Source: an uncultured virus (IMG/VR IMGVR_UViG_3300042542_003718) (taxonomy: Duplodnaviria; Heunggongvirae; Uroviricota; Caudoviricetes; Herelleviridae). Taken from it: 64,000 nt of DNA. The DNA is taken from IMG/VR virus record IMGVR_UViG_3300042542_003718; one strand, written 5' to 3'. The translations under genes were made by a program, and so were the position numbers. The notes beneath the pieces are model-generated. The model saw nothing but the letters and a program-made list of their open reading frames with translations. It did no database searches and had not been told where the DNA came from. Of the stretch, positions 1-8,303 are shown in pieces. Positions within the stretch are counted from its first letter, which is position 1; the number at the start of each line of letters is the position of its first letter.

Positions 1-95
1 CTGAAGCACAGGACGAACAAGAACCCCATCAAGAAGAGGACGCGGGCGAGGAAGTAACAAAATCACTTACAAAAAGATTTACAATAGATATTTAG
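1..95 (+). CDS. 3' end of upstream gene, probably portal protein (partial)
   Basis: Open frame from nt 3 reads EAQDEQEPHQEEDAGEEVTKSLTKRFTIDI* (TAG 93-95). Acidic tail with a KS motif just before the head genes; portal call rests on position only. Confidence 0.35.
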   Translation, partial: EAQDEQEPHQEEDAGEEVTKSLTKRFTIDI

Positions 96-141
96 TTTCT
101 TATACAATGATCCTTGAACACAGTAAACAAGGATTAAAAAG

Positions 142-1974
142 ATGTTTAGATACTCATTTATCATTGATTCATTGATCAAGGCAATGACTCATAAGTATAT
201 TCGTAGAATTCCCAAGGGAGTAACCAAGACCGGCGCAACAAAGTATATTTATTACTACGCAGGGCAAGAAGGGCATGGCAAGGGAATTGCACACGATGAA
301 GAATTGACCGCCGGCGCTTCTTTTGCATTCGGTGAACATGAAAAAACAAGATATCATATGCACATTGTACTTGAAGCGGGGGACAAGTTAACATTGAAAT
401 ACGACGATGGCGACAAAAAGGGGCAAACTGTCACAATGACAAAGAAGGAATTTAGAGACCTACTACATAAAGAACATGCATCAAGTATTCAAAGCGCAAA
501 AGAGAAGGCGCATAAGCAATTAAAAGACTTTCAAGCAGGTAAAGAGAAGGGCGTAAAAGTGAAACAAAGTACACTTGATAAGCTTGAACAAAGAGTAAAG
601 AACATTGATGAATTAGCGCCAACAAAAGAAGAGAATGAGGATGTTGGAGGCACTGTAAAAGATGGAGTAAACACACTAGACAACCCGTCACCAGTGAAAC
701 AAGTAGAACCGAATTTTCAAGGTAGCGTGGACGCCCCAGAATTCACATTACGACTACTTGCAAAGACCGCTTTAATGCGTATTAATCCAAAAGTACATAA
801 AACAATTTTCATTCAAAGTAATAAGGACGCCGGCAAAATTGAAATCTATGTAGAGAAGGCTAATCAATCCGGCGATATTGTTCTTGTTCGCTCTATAGAT
901 AGTACCGATACGCCCGATTTATCAATTACCGCATCAACAAAAGATATACAAAGTGTATTAGGTCAAGACGTAGTAGGATTTAGCCCCGTATTCAAGTATA
1001 AGGACAATGCTTTATACTTTGTTTCAAGAGTTCCACAAAATGAGCTTTCACCTAGTGAGCGGCGGACAAATGCACGACCAATACGAGAAAACGCATTCTA
1101 TAAAATTCCTGTAAATGATTGGCAAAAACCAGAAGAGAAACAAGGAACAGCGCAACAAAAGGGCGCTGAATCTGTTGTAGATCGCTTGAAACATTATAGG
1201 AATCTAATTGAAATTGCAGACTCATTATCATTTAAAAAAGTACCAGGTACATCATTGCATATTAGGGGCGTCGATCAAGCATTATTAGACAATCAGAAAC
1301 CATTAGAGGATATACAAAAAGATTTAGTTCTTAATGACAAGGTTAATATTGACGGGGTACCGAACGCAAGTATCAATCATCTCTTAGAATCGCTTGAAAA
1401 CAAAGATTATACACACCCCGACGCCCCAAAAGTAGAATATGGAGGAAAGAACCCGTTTATGATTGTAAATAAGAGATGGGACACAAAAGAACAAACACGA
1501 TGGGAGAACGTAATAAAACCGGCGCTTAAAGAACTAGGATTAAAGCGCTATGAAATGATGGATGTGAACAAAAATAAAAAAGTTCAAGAGGTAACCTATA
1601 GAATACCTTTACATTTCTTAAATAACAAACCTGAAGGCCCTGAACAAGCGCTAAAAGATTTATTCGATGATACAAAAGTTCCAGAAGTTAAATATGCACC
1701 TTTGACAGAGAAACAACAAAACTTGATCACAAAGTACAATAAGAGTGATGTAAAAGGTTTCAAATCTTTTGTGTTTGAAGATGACAGCGTTGGCGATGAG
1801 ATTGAAAATGAAGAGATGGGCAGCAAGGACCCCGATAAACTTTATATCTATGCAGAAGGGACATACGCCGATAGGGAAGCATTGAACAAGTTAGGATTTA
1901 AATTTGTTCAAAAGAAAGAGGGCGAAAAGAACGTCTCTTATTATAAATATAAAGCGCCAATTTCTAAGCTATAA
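142..1974 (+). CDS. Head-associated polyvalent-type protein, paralog 1 (constant N-terminal module + unknown C-terminus)
   Basis: First ~155 aa similar to 5422 and ~115 aa to 8304; AAGGA SD; located in head module. Confidence 0.7.
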   Translation: MFRYSFIIDSLIKAMTHKYIRRIPKGVTKTGATKYIYYYAGQEGHGKGIAHDEELTAGASFAFGEHEKTRYHMHIVLEAGDKLTLKYDDGDKKGQTVTMTKKEFRDLLHKEHASSIQSAKEKAHKQLKDFQAGKEKGVKVKQSTLDKLEQRVKNIDELAPTKEENEDVGGTVKDGVNTLDNPSPVKQVEPNFQGSVDAPEFTLRLLAKTALMRINPKVHKTIFIQSNKDAGKIEIYVEKANQSGDIVLVRSIDSTDTPDLSITASTKDIQSVLGQDVVGFSPVFKYKDNALYFVSRVPQNELSPSERRTNARPIRENAFYKIPVNDWQKPEEKQGTAQQKGAESVVDRLKHYRNLIEIADSLSFKKVPGTSLHIRGVDQALLDNQKPLEDIQKDLVLNDKVNIDGVPNASINHLLESLENKDYTHPDAPKVEYGGKNPFMIVNKRWDTKEQTRWENVIKPALKELGLKRYEMMDVNKNKKVQEVTYRIPLHFLNNKPEGPEQALKDLFDDTKVPEVKYAPLTEKQQNLITKYNKSDVKGFKSFVFEDDSVGDEIENEEMGSKDPDKLYIYAEGTYADREALNKLGFKFVQKKEGEKNVSYYKYKAPISKL

Positions 1975-2038
1975 AAAATTTACAAAATAACCTGTTAAAA
2001 AGTATACAATGATCCTTGACCATAACAAGGATGATAAA

Positions 2039-2839
2039 ATGTTTCGATTTACCCCGCTACTTAAAAGCATGTTTCCGCTAGATTTGCATGCACACGCACG
2101 CTTTGACGAATTAAAAATGATCATTGCTAGCAAATCCACCAATTATACACCCGAACAGATTTACGACATTGTCAAAGATTGCATACTTAACGAATTTACA
2201 TTCTACATTGATTATTTAGAAGATTTGTATCATCTATCTCTTAACATGGATTCGATGAACTACGCAAACGCATTGAAACAAGTAAAAGAGAAAATACTTG
2301 ACCCCGAATTTATGGGCATGGTTGCCAGTGAACTTTATGAAGATTTGTATCAAAACGACTTCCAGTTTCTGAATTTGCCTATTACTTTTGATGATAAAGA
2401 AATTACTATGTGGGCAAGAAACTTTTTAAAAGGTGAGATTACCGGCGTAGCGGCGAACGTGCTTAGATCGGGCAAGTTTCAAAAGTCAATGAGTTTCAAT
2501 GTGCCTCAAGCGGTGAGAAACGCAGCTAAAAGAGGCCTTGAACTTCGTAGGGAAAACAAGCGGGGCGGGCTTAGTAACGAACAAGCAAGTAACTTGGGCA
2601 TAGGTTCAGGCGTACAACGTGCAGTCAATTTGAGTGAAGGTAAAGTTTCACTTCAAACACTGAAGCGCATGAAATCATTTTTCGCCCGTCATAGAGTTTA
2701 CAAAGAGAAGGGGTATCACAAAGACAAAACAAGCGCTTCTTATATCTCTTGGATGCTATGGGGCGGAGATGCAGGCGACGCATGGGCAACAAGAACACTT
2801 GAACAATTAGAAAAGAAGGAGAACCAGAATGAAAATTAA
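2039..2839 (+). CDS. Head-associated protein with conserved C-terminal 'RMxSFFxRH...WxLWGG' phage domain
   Basis: Likely start MFRFTPLLKSM at 2039 after an AAGGA SD. C-terminal ~115 aa match a domain I recognise as often fused to phage head/portal proteins. Confidence 0.6.
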   Translation: MFRFTPLLKSMFPLDLHAHARFDELKMIIASKSTNYTPEQIYDIVKDCILNEFTFYIDYLEDLYHLSLNMDSMNYANALKQVKEKILDPEFMGMVASELYEDLYQNDFQFLNLPITFDDKEITMWARNFLKGEITGVAANVLRSGKFQKSMSFNVPQAVRNAAKRGLELRRENKRGGLSNEQASNLGIGSGVQRAVNLSEGKVSLQTLKRMKSFFARHRVYKEKGYHKDKTSASYISWMLWGGDAGDAWATRTLEQLEKKENQNEN

Positions 2840-3071
2840 CTTAGAATTAAGTAATGAAGAACTTATTAAATTCAATCAAAGTACACTAGAAAATCATATC
2901 ATTGCAAACGCAGACAAGATCGCCAAGGCCGTATTCAAAGACAATTTGAGCAAGGGATTTAGAGGCGGAGAAATCCAGCTAATCGACGATCTAAGCGCCA
3001 AAATGGTTGACCTCTACGAACAAAGACTACAAACACTAAGCAAACAAATTATCAAGGAGTCTACAAAATGA
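2829..3071 (+). CDS. Hypothetical protein
   Basis: 80-aa ORF overlapping both neighbours, AAGGAG SD. Confidence 0.6.
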   Translation: MKINLELSNEELIKFNQSTLENHIIANADKIAKAVFKDNLSKGFRGGEIQLIDDLSAKMVDLYEQRLQTLSKQIIKESTK

Positions 3072-3310
3072 AAAACCTGTTATTAGGTAACAAATCGGCG
3101 CTATTCAAGGCGCTTGAAAACAATGAAGGCAATGTTGAAATCTATGTAGATGATGAACTTTGTTACACAGTTCTAATCGACACGAAACAGCTAGTAAAAC
3201 AAGGTTTTCAAGGGGCGTTCAAGTTCGATCTTGTGAAAGAACAACAAGATAACATTGTTGACCTTCTAGAAGAAGAAATTACACTATGGCAAAGTGATAC
3301 AGAAGAATAA
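3068..3310 (+). CDS. Hypothetical protein
   Basis: 80-aa ORF, ATGA overlap, AAGGAG SD. Confidence 0.6.
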   Translation: MKNLLLGNKSALFKALENNEGNVEIYVDDELCYTVLIDTKQLVKQGFQGAFKFDLVKEQQDNIVDLLEEEITLWQSDTEE

Positions 3311-3322
3311 TATAAATACACA

Positions 3323-3400
3323 TAAAAATATTTTTAATTTATTTTGTAAAATCTCTTGACAAAGTACAAAACATAAAGTATTCATGAAAGCACCTTAACC
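3323..3400 (+). promoter_or_regulatory. Sigma70-like promoter with AT-rich UP element and CCTTAACC leader
   Basis: TTTTGTAAAATCTC-TTGACA (-35 at 3356); same family as 7295, 21588(-), 56575(-). Confidence 0.7.
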
Positions 3401-3422
3401 AACAACAAAGGATACAAGCAAA

Positions 3423-3791
3423 ATGAATGCTTTATTATCAAGAGTCTTAGAGACCTTCACCAGCCTTCAAGGCAAGAGAAACGCCGTAAAGTCAACACGC
3501 ATCACAGTAACCGCCGTTGAACACGAACGCCACGATCTACACACAAGCAACCGTTTAACTAATCGCAGATGGTCAAGCAATATGGCGCACGACGAAATCA
3601 CAGTGACCTTGTCATCAAAATTCGGAGATACACAGCTAGTTTTTACAGCATATGACTACGAAGGCGACGCGATCACAGTTCAATTCTCTCATAAATCACA
3701 GTCCGTTTCTTTCTTTGATGCAGCGCTAACAGAAGATGATGTAACTAGCGTACGCAGTTTCTTTGCCGAACATGTTGAATTACTAGCATAG
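3423..3791 (+). CDS. Hypothetical stand-alone (moron-like) protein
   Basis: Has its own promoter, AAGGA SD and downstream terminator. Confidence 0.7.
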   Translation: MNALLSRVLETFTSLQGKRNAVKSTRITVTAVEHERHDLHTSNRLTNRRWSSNMAHDEITVTLSSKFGDTQLVFTAYDYEGDAITVQFSHKSQSVSFFDAALTEDDVTSVRSFFAEHVELLA

Positions 3792-3815
3792 ACGCTATCT
3801 GACCACAAAACGAAT

Positions 3816-3841
3816 AAAAGGGGCGCATATGCCCCTTTTTT
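3816..3841. terminator. Intrinsic terminator, possibly bidirectional
   Basis: AAAAGGGGC-GCATAT-GCCCCTTTTTT hairpin with A and T tracts. Confidence 0.8.
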
Positions 3842-3912
3842 CATTTGTACTTTCTAAATCGTGTATTATGTGCATATTATCACAAAGACAATATGCAGAA
3901 AGGGCAAACACG

Positions 3913-5355
3913 ATGCAGAAAGACGAACTAATCAAGAATGCCAGTGAACAGATTAGAGAACAACATGATATATTTCTTGTTCAATTGCTTGGCGTGGAAA
4001 ATAGCGGCCTAGACGCCCTACGTATCAAAGAACTATATGATAAAGGTTTGATTGATTTAAATGATCAGGGTTTACAGGTTGGGGGCGTTGATCCATTTAC
4101 TTTTTTACAGGTAGCGGGCAAAATCTTTGATAGTGTTGATCATGATACAAAAGTAAAAATGAGATCATGGAGTCTTGATGATTGGCGCTTACCGGTCAAG
4201 AGTACGCTTGAAAAAATGGTAGGCAAGAACGCACCGGTTGCCAGCTCACAAATGGCAGCACCCCCAATCACACAAATCACAGATTTAAAAGCGCCTGTAC
4301 TTATTCCCGCGTGGATGAGTCCCGCGGAGAAGGGCGCTTATGTGTCCGCGATTACAAGGGCGGGCAGCTATGCAAGAGGCTTAGGGAATAGGCTTGATGA
4401 GGACTTGAGCAAGGTAATTGCGGAAGGTTGGCAAGGTGAGCAAATAAGCGAACAAGTGAACCCCGCACAAAGAGAATACATGCTTGACACAATACGCAAT
4501 GAAACAGCGAATGAGTTCATAGGTTCAAGAGACGCAAAAGTCTTAGCCTCAAGGCTTGCGGATTTAACAAAGTTCTATTCTCACAATTGGCAACGAATCG
4601 CACAAACAGAACTACAAGCAAGCCACAACGAAGGGCGTTTCATTGACGCCGTAGCAAATAATGAACGCGTCGCAAGAGTACCAGATAGCGACGCATGCGA
4701 AACTTGTTTATCTTTGTTTGTTGGTGAAGATGGTAATCTACTTGTTTTTGAACCATCACAGCTTGCACAAAATGGATCAAATGTAGGCAAGGCAAAGGGC
4801 GAGCACAAAGCAACCTTATTCCCTGTTCATCCTAATTGCAGATGCGATACGATTCCCGTCCCTCAAGGTTTCTATGCGATGAGGGACGGGCGAATAAGAC
4901 GGGAGGAATTGAACAAAGCAATCAAAGTACCTAGAAAATATTTAGCCGGTTTGACAAGTGAGGATAAAGAGGCACGAACAAAAGAGATTAGGCAAAGAGT
5001 AAAGGGCGGCGAAGAAAAAAGAACCTATGCGCCTATGCCAGGCGATACAGACGCCAAGACAAAGCCCTCAAAGTACACTAGAACAGAACTAGCAAGTAAA
5101 GTGAGAGAGGCAACCAAGACAAATAGCACAGAAGAATTTATAAGCGTTGCTTCAAAGATTTCAGGCGTACCCCGATCAATCGTGGCGGAAGTACACAAGA
5201 GAGGGGCGGAGGCGTGGAGCGTGGGGCATAGACCAGGGGCTACGCAAATCGCATGGGCAAGGGCGCGCGTTTACTCATTCTTGACCGGCGGGAAAACTAG
5301 ACAAACAGCAGATAAAGACCTATGGGCGAAATACTTAGAAACTAAGAAATCATAG
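3913..5355 (+). CDS. Head morphogenesis protein (MuF/SPP1 gp7-like) with C-terminal extra domain
   Basis: IAQTE...CETC...HPNCRC MuF signature, then ~145 aa containing GHRPGA..AWARARVYSF. Likely start MQKDE at 3913. Confidence 0.75.
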   Translation: MQKDELIKNASEQIREQHDIFLVQLLGVENSGLDALRIKELYDKGLIDLNDQGLQVGGVDPFTFLQVAGKIFDSVDHDTKVKMRSWSLDDWRLPVKSTLEKMVGKNAPVASSQMAAPPITQITDLKAPVLIPAWMSPAEKGAYVSAITRAGSYARGLGNRLDEDLSKVIAEGWQGEQISEQVNPAQREYMLDTIRNETANEFIGSRDAKVLASRLADLTKFYSHNWQRIAQTELQASHNEGRFIDAVANNERVARVPDSDACETCLSLFVGEDGNLLVFEPSQLAQNGSNVGKAKGEHKATLFPVHPNCRCDTIPVPQGFYAMRDGRIRREELNKAIKVPRKYLAGLTSEDKEARTKEIRQRVKGGEEKRTYAPMPGDTDAKTKPSKYTRTELASKVREATKTNSTEEFISVASKISGVPRSIVAEVHKRGAEAWSVGHRPGATQIAWARARVYSFLTGGKTRQTADKDLWAKYLETKKS

Positions 5356-5880
5356 ATAAAAAGTTTAAATCGTACATAATAGAGAAGATACTTAGAAACA
5401 AAGTGAACAGGGTTAAAAAAGATGTTTAGATACTCATTTATCGTAGATACATTGCTCAAGGCAATGACTCATAAATACATTCGTAGAGTCCCTAAAGGGG
5501 TAACCAAGACAGGGAAAACAAAGTACATGTACTTCTATGCAGGGCAAGAAGGACATGGTCGGGGCATAGCGCACGAAAGCGAACTTGTCGAAGGTTCATC
5601 GTTTGCATTCGGTGAATTAGGAAAGACAAGATATCATGCTCACATTAGCAAAGTAGACGGCGATAAAGTTACTGTTCGTTACGATGATGGAGCGAAAAAA
5701 GGTACTGAAGAAACCATGACTAAGAAGCAATTTCAAGCGCTAGTACATGGTGAACATGCAACAGGGATTAAAGAAGCACAAGTTAAAGCAGATAAGCAAT
5801 TAAAAGATTTTCAAGCAGGCAAAGAAAAGGGCGTAAAGGTTAAACAAGAAACACTTGATAAACTAGCGCAAAGAGTAGCA
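5343..5880 (+). repeat. Repeated 5' module (intergenic leader + constant N-terminal coding region); other copies ~121-600 and 8225-8645
   Basis: AAATCATAGATAAAAAGTTTAAATCGTACATAATAGAGAAGA is identical at 5347 and 8229; ATGTTTAGATACTCATTTATC starts all three genes. Confidence 0.9.
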
Positions 5881-7230
5881 AATTTAAAAGATTTAGTTAG
5901 CCACATTGACCAGCCCGCAAAGGTTGATGCCCCTTGGATGAGTGAACGAGAACGAAGAGTTTTTGAGGGGCAAAATCGACTTTTTACATTGCTTGAGAAC
6001 AAAGAGATCACCGAGGCACTTTTAAAAGATAGAACAAATAATAAGATCATACGGGATATGCTGAAAAATGTTATTACAGCTATTTTTAAGTACAAAGATA
6101 TTTCAACAATACCGAAAAAGGATTTAAAGATTTTAGTAGATGCAAATAAATTATCATATGCATCTAGGATATACACATATGATACAGATGAACTTTTGAT
6201 TCTAACACTATCGCAATTATGGCAAAAACTGCCATATGCACAACAAGAGAAAAATGAAAAAGTAGGTCGCTTAGATGTGATTCACGCGGAGTTGATAGAC
6301 CAGACACCAGAGCAAAAAAAGAAAAAAGCAATACATATTGAGGCGGTAAAGCAAGCGCAAGAGGCAATGATCAAGACTGATCCAGATTTAGCGAAAATCA
6401 TCTATGGAAATATGATTTTTACTCAAGTTAAAGATGCACTCGATTACAGCGCACAAGGTTTCTTCGCTACCGGTACGCCATCTCATAATCTTCATAATGT
6501 AACAACAAAACTAGATACTGTGTATCATTCGGCAGATGTTATTTATATGGATACAGACGATCATTTTGAGAACTCTTATTATAGCCCTCTTCCTGAAAAG
6601 GCTAAGACATACCTACAAACAGAATATTTTAAAAAAGTTGCAATTCATGAGCTTGCGCATCGTTTCTCAAAGTCTTTGTTAGAACATGCAAACAATGACT
6701 TCTTGTCAGATTTGACCCTTTTCATGAGCAAATATGCACAAAAAAAACGAGATGTAAACGATATAATAAATAAACCAATCCAAGAATTTACAATAATTGG
6801 AAATGATTCTAGTGCATTAATAGCTAGGCTTTTATTATCACCAGACTTTAATTTTTCAACTAACGAAATTTCGGGCGTTTTACAACAAGGTACAGATTCA
6901 AGGGCACATACAATTAAGTTTTCTGATATAAACTTTGAAGCACTAGGAGAAAGTATGCTTTTACCTTCCGAGGGGGGAATGACTGATTTACAAATCCCTT
7001 TAATTGATGGTGGTAAATTTAGCGTATTAATAGAAGGTACACCAAAAGACTTTTTATCTAGGTTCAATAAAAATCTATCAATGTTACCTACTACATATGC
7101 ACATGCAGACGCCGAAGAATGTTTCAGTGAAATGATGGCGGCGGTATGTGATCCGAACTACAAAGATGAACCAATGAGAACAGACTTTTTAAACTTATTG
7201 AAAAAGTATAAAGACAAATTCGGGGCATAA
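5422..7230 (+). CDS. Head-associated polyvalent-type protein, paralog 2 (constant N-terminus + zincin metallopeptidase-like domain)
   Basis: HELAH (HExxH) plus downstream TYAHADAEECFSE third-ligand motif. Confidence 0.7.
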   Translation: MFRYSFIVDTLLKAMTHKYIRRVPKGVTKTGKTKYMYFYAGQEGHGRGIAHESELVEGSSFAFGELGKTRYHAHISKVDGDKVTVRYDDGAKKGTEETMTKKQFQALVHGEHATGIKEAQVKADKQLKDFQAGKEKGVKVKQETLDKLAQRVANLKDLVSHIDQPAKVDAPWMSERERRVFEGQNRLFTLLENKEITEALLKDRTNNKIIRDMLKNVITAIFKYKDISTIPKKDLKILVDANKLSYASRIYTYDTDELLILTLSQLWQKLPYAQQEKNEKVGRLDVIHAELIDQTPEQKKKKAIHIEAVKQAQEAMIKTDPDLAKIIYGNMIFTQVKDALDYSAQGFFATGTPSHNLHNVTTKLDTVYHSADVIYMDTDDHFENSYYSPLPEKAKTYLQTEYFKKVAIHELAHRFSKSLLEHANNDFLSDLTLFMSKYAQKKRDVNDIINKPIQEFTIIGNDSSALIARLLLSPDFNFSTNEISGVLQQGTDSRAHTIKFSDINFEALGESMLLPSEGGMTDLQIPLIDGGKFSVLIEGTPKDFLSRFNKNLSMLPTTYAHADAEECFSEMMAAVCDPNYKDEPMRTDFLNLLKKYKDKFGA

Positions 7231-7262
7231 AGTACTAAGAAATCAATAACTTATGTATCATA

Positions 7263-7338
7263 TAAAAATATTTTAATTTATTTTGTAAAATTTATTGACA
7301 CTATAAAAGAACTTTGTTAAATGTGAATCATCCTTAAC
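7263..7338 (+). promoter_or_regulatory. Sigma70-like promoter with UP element and CCTTAAC leader
   Basis: TTTTGTAAAATTTA-TTGACA (7295); IHF-consensus-like AATCAATAACTTA just upstream (~7241). Confidence 0.7.
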
Positions 7339-7358
7339 AAACACACCGGAGAAAACAA

Positions 7359-7733
7359 ATGACTTGTTCTTTCACAAAACACGATCTACACACTCAACAT
7401 TTACAATTAGACAGCGCAATTCGTAGCATGTATGGCGTAGACGCATTGTCAAAATTCAGCTTTAGACACATTACAACAAACTTCAATGATGGCTTATTAT
7501 CAAACACAGGCTACACAGTAAGAATTAAGAATGTTTGTGTCAATGTTGAATTAGATTCATGCGCTCAAACAATCAAGATCAGCGCATTCAAACCAACAGG
7601 CACAATCAGGGCAAGCGTACCAAGTGCAAATGATGTAGTATATGTAAAAACTGTACACTGTGCGAAAAATCCTAGCGATTGTTTGTTTGCTACTTTGCTT
7701 TCAAATAAAAGCGCATTCCCTGTTATTGCGTAA
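7359..7733 (+). CDS. Hypothetical protein
   Basis: GGAG SD, directly downstream of the promoter. Confidence 0.65.
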   Translation: MTCSFTKHDLHTQHLQLDSAIRSMYGVDALSKFSFRHITTNFNDGLLSNTGYTVRIKNVCVNVELDSCAQTIKISAFKPTGTIRASVPSANDVVYVKTVHCAKNPSDCLFATLLSNKSAFPVIA

Positions 7734-7753
7734 TGTGTACACATGCTAAATAA

Positions 7754-8227
7754 ATGACATATAATATTAGACTACATAATCACTTAGACACATTAGATTT
7801 GATTGGGCGGCGTGTATCTGTTTACTACAATTTACATAAAGATACCTTTTCAATTAAGTATAAATCGAAGGTTGTTCATTGGGCGGACAGTGTGAACTTA
7901 GTAAATGTTCGTTTCTATGTATCTGAAAAGGCTATGATACGCATAAATCAAGATGCCAGACACAAAAAAGAAGTTCATGCGTATGTAATTGGCGATCTTG
8001 TCTCTATGCGTTCTTATACACATAAAACACTAGAACAATGTAAACAAGAGACACGCCCGCAACCATTCACATATAAGCAGCTTATCAAATATAATCCGCT
8101 TGATATGCTACCCTATTTCAGAAACGCAGAAACTAACGAACGTATTGATTTTGTTCCTATGTTGACTATGCGAAATTTTTATCATGATAAATTGAATCGA
8201 ATGAAACCTACAATCTATGAACCATAA
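7754..8227 (+). CDS. Conserved phage protein of unknown function
   Basis: VYYNLHK..FS...VHAYVxG pattern that I recognise from phage hypothetical proteins. Confidence 0.65.
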   Translation: MTYNIRLHNHLDTLDLIGRRVSVYYNLHKDTFSIKYKSKVVHWADSVNLVNVRFYVSEKAMIRINQDARHKKEVHAYVIGDLVSMRSYTHKTLEQCKQETRPQPFTYKQLIKYNPLDMLPYFRNAETNERIDFVPMLTMRNFYHDKLNRMKPTIYEP

Positions 8228-8303
8228 AAAATCATAGATAAAAAGTTTAAATCGTACATAATAGAGAAGAAACCTAGAACCACAATAAACAGGATTAAAA
8301 AAG

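Noticed and set aside
5271..5459. Similar minus-strand ORFs at 5271 and 8108 (MSNVS..NEYLNIFFNPV)
   Set aside because: By-product of the duplicated leader; no independent coding evidence.
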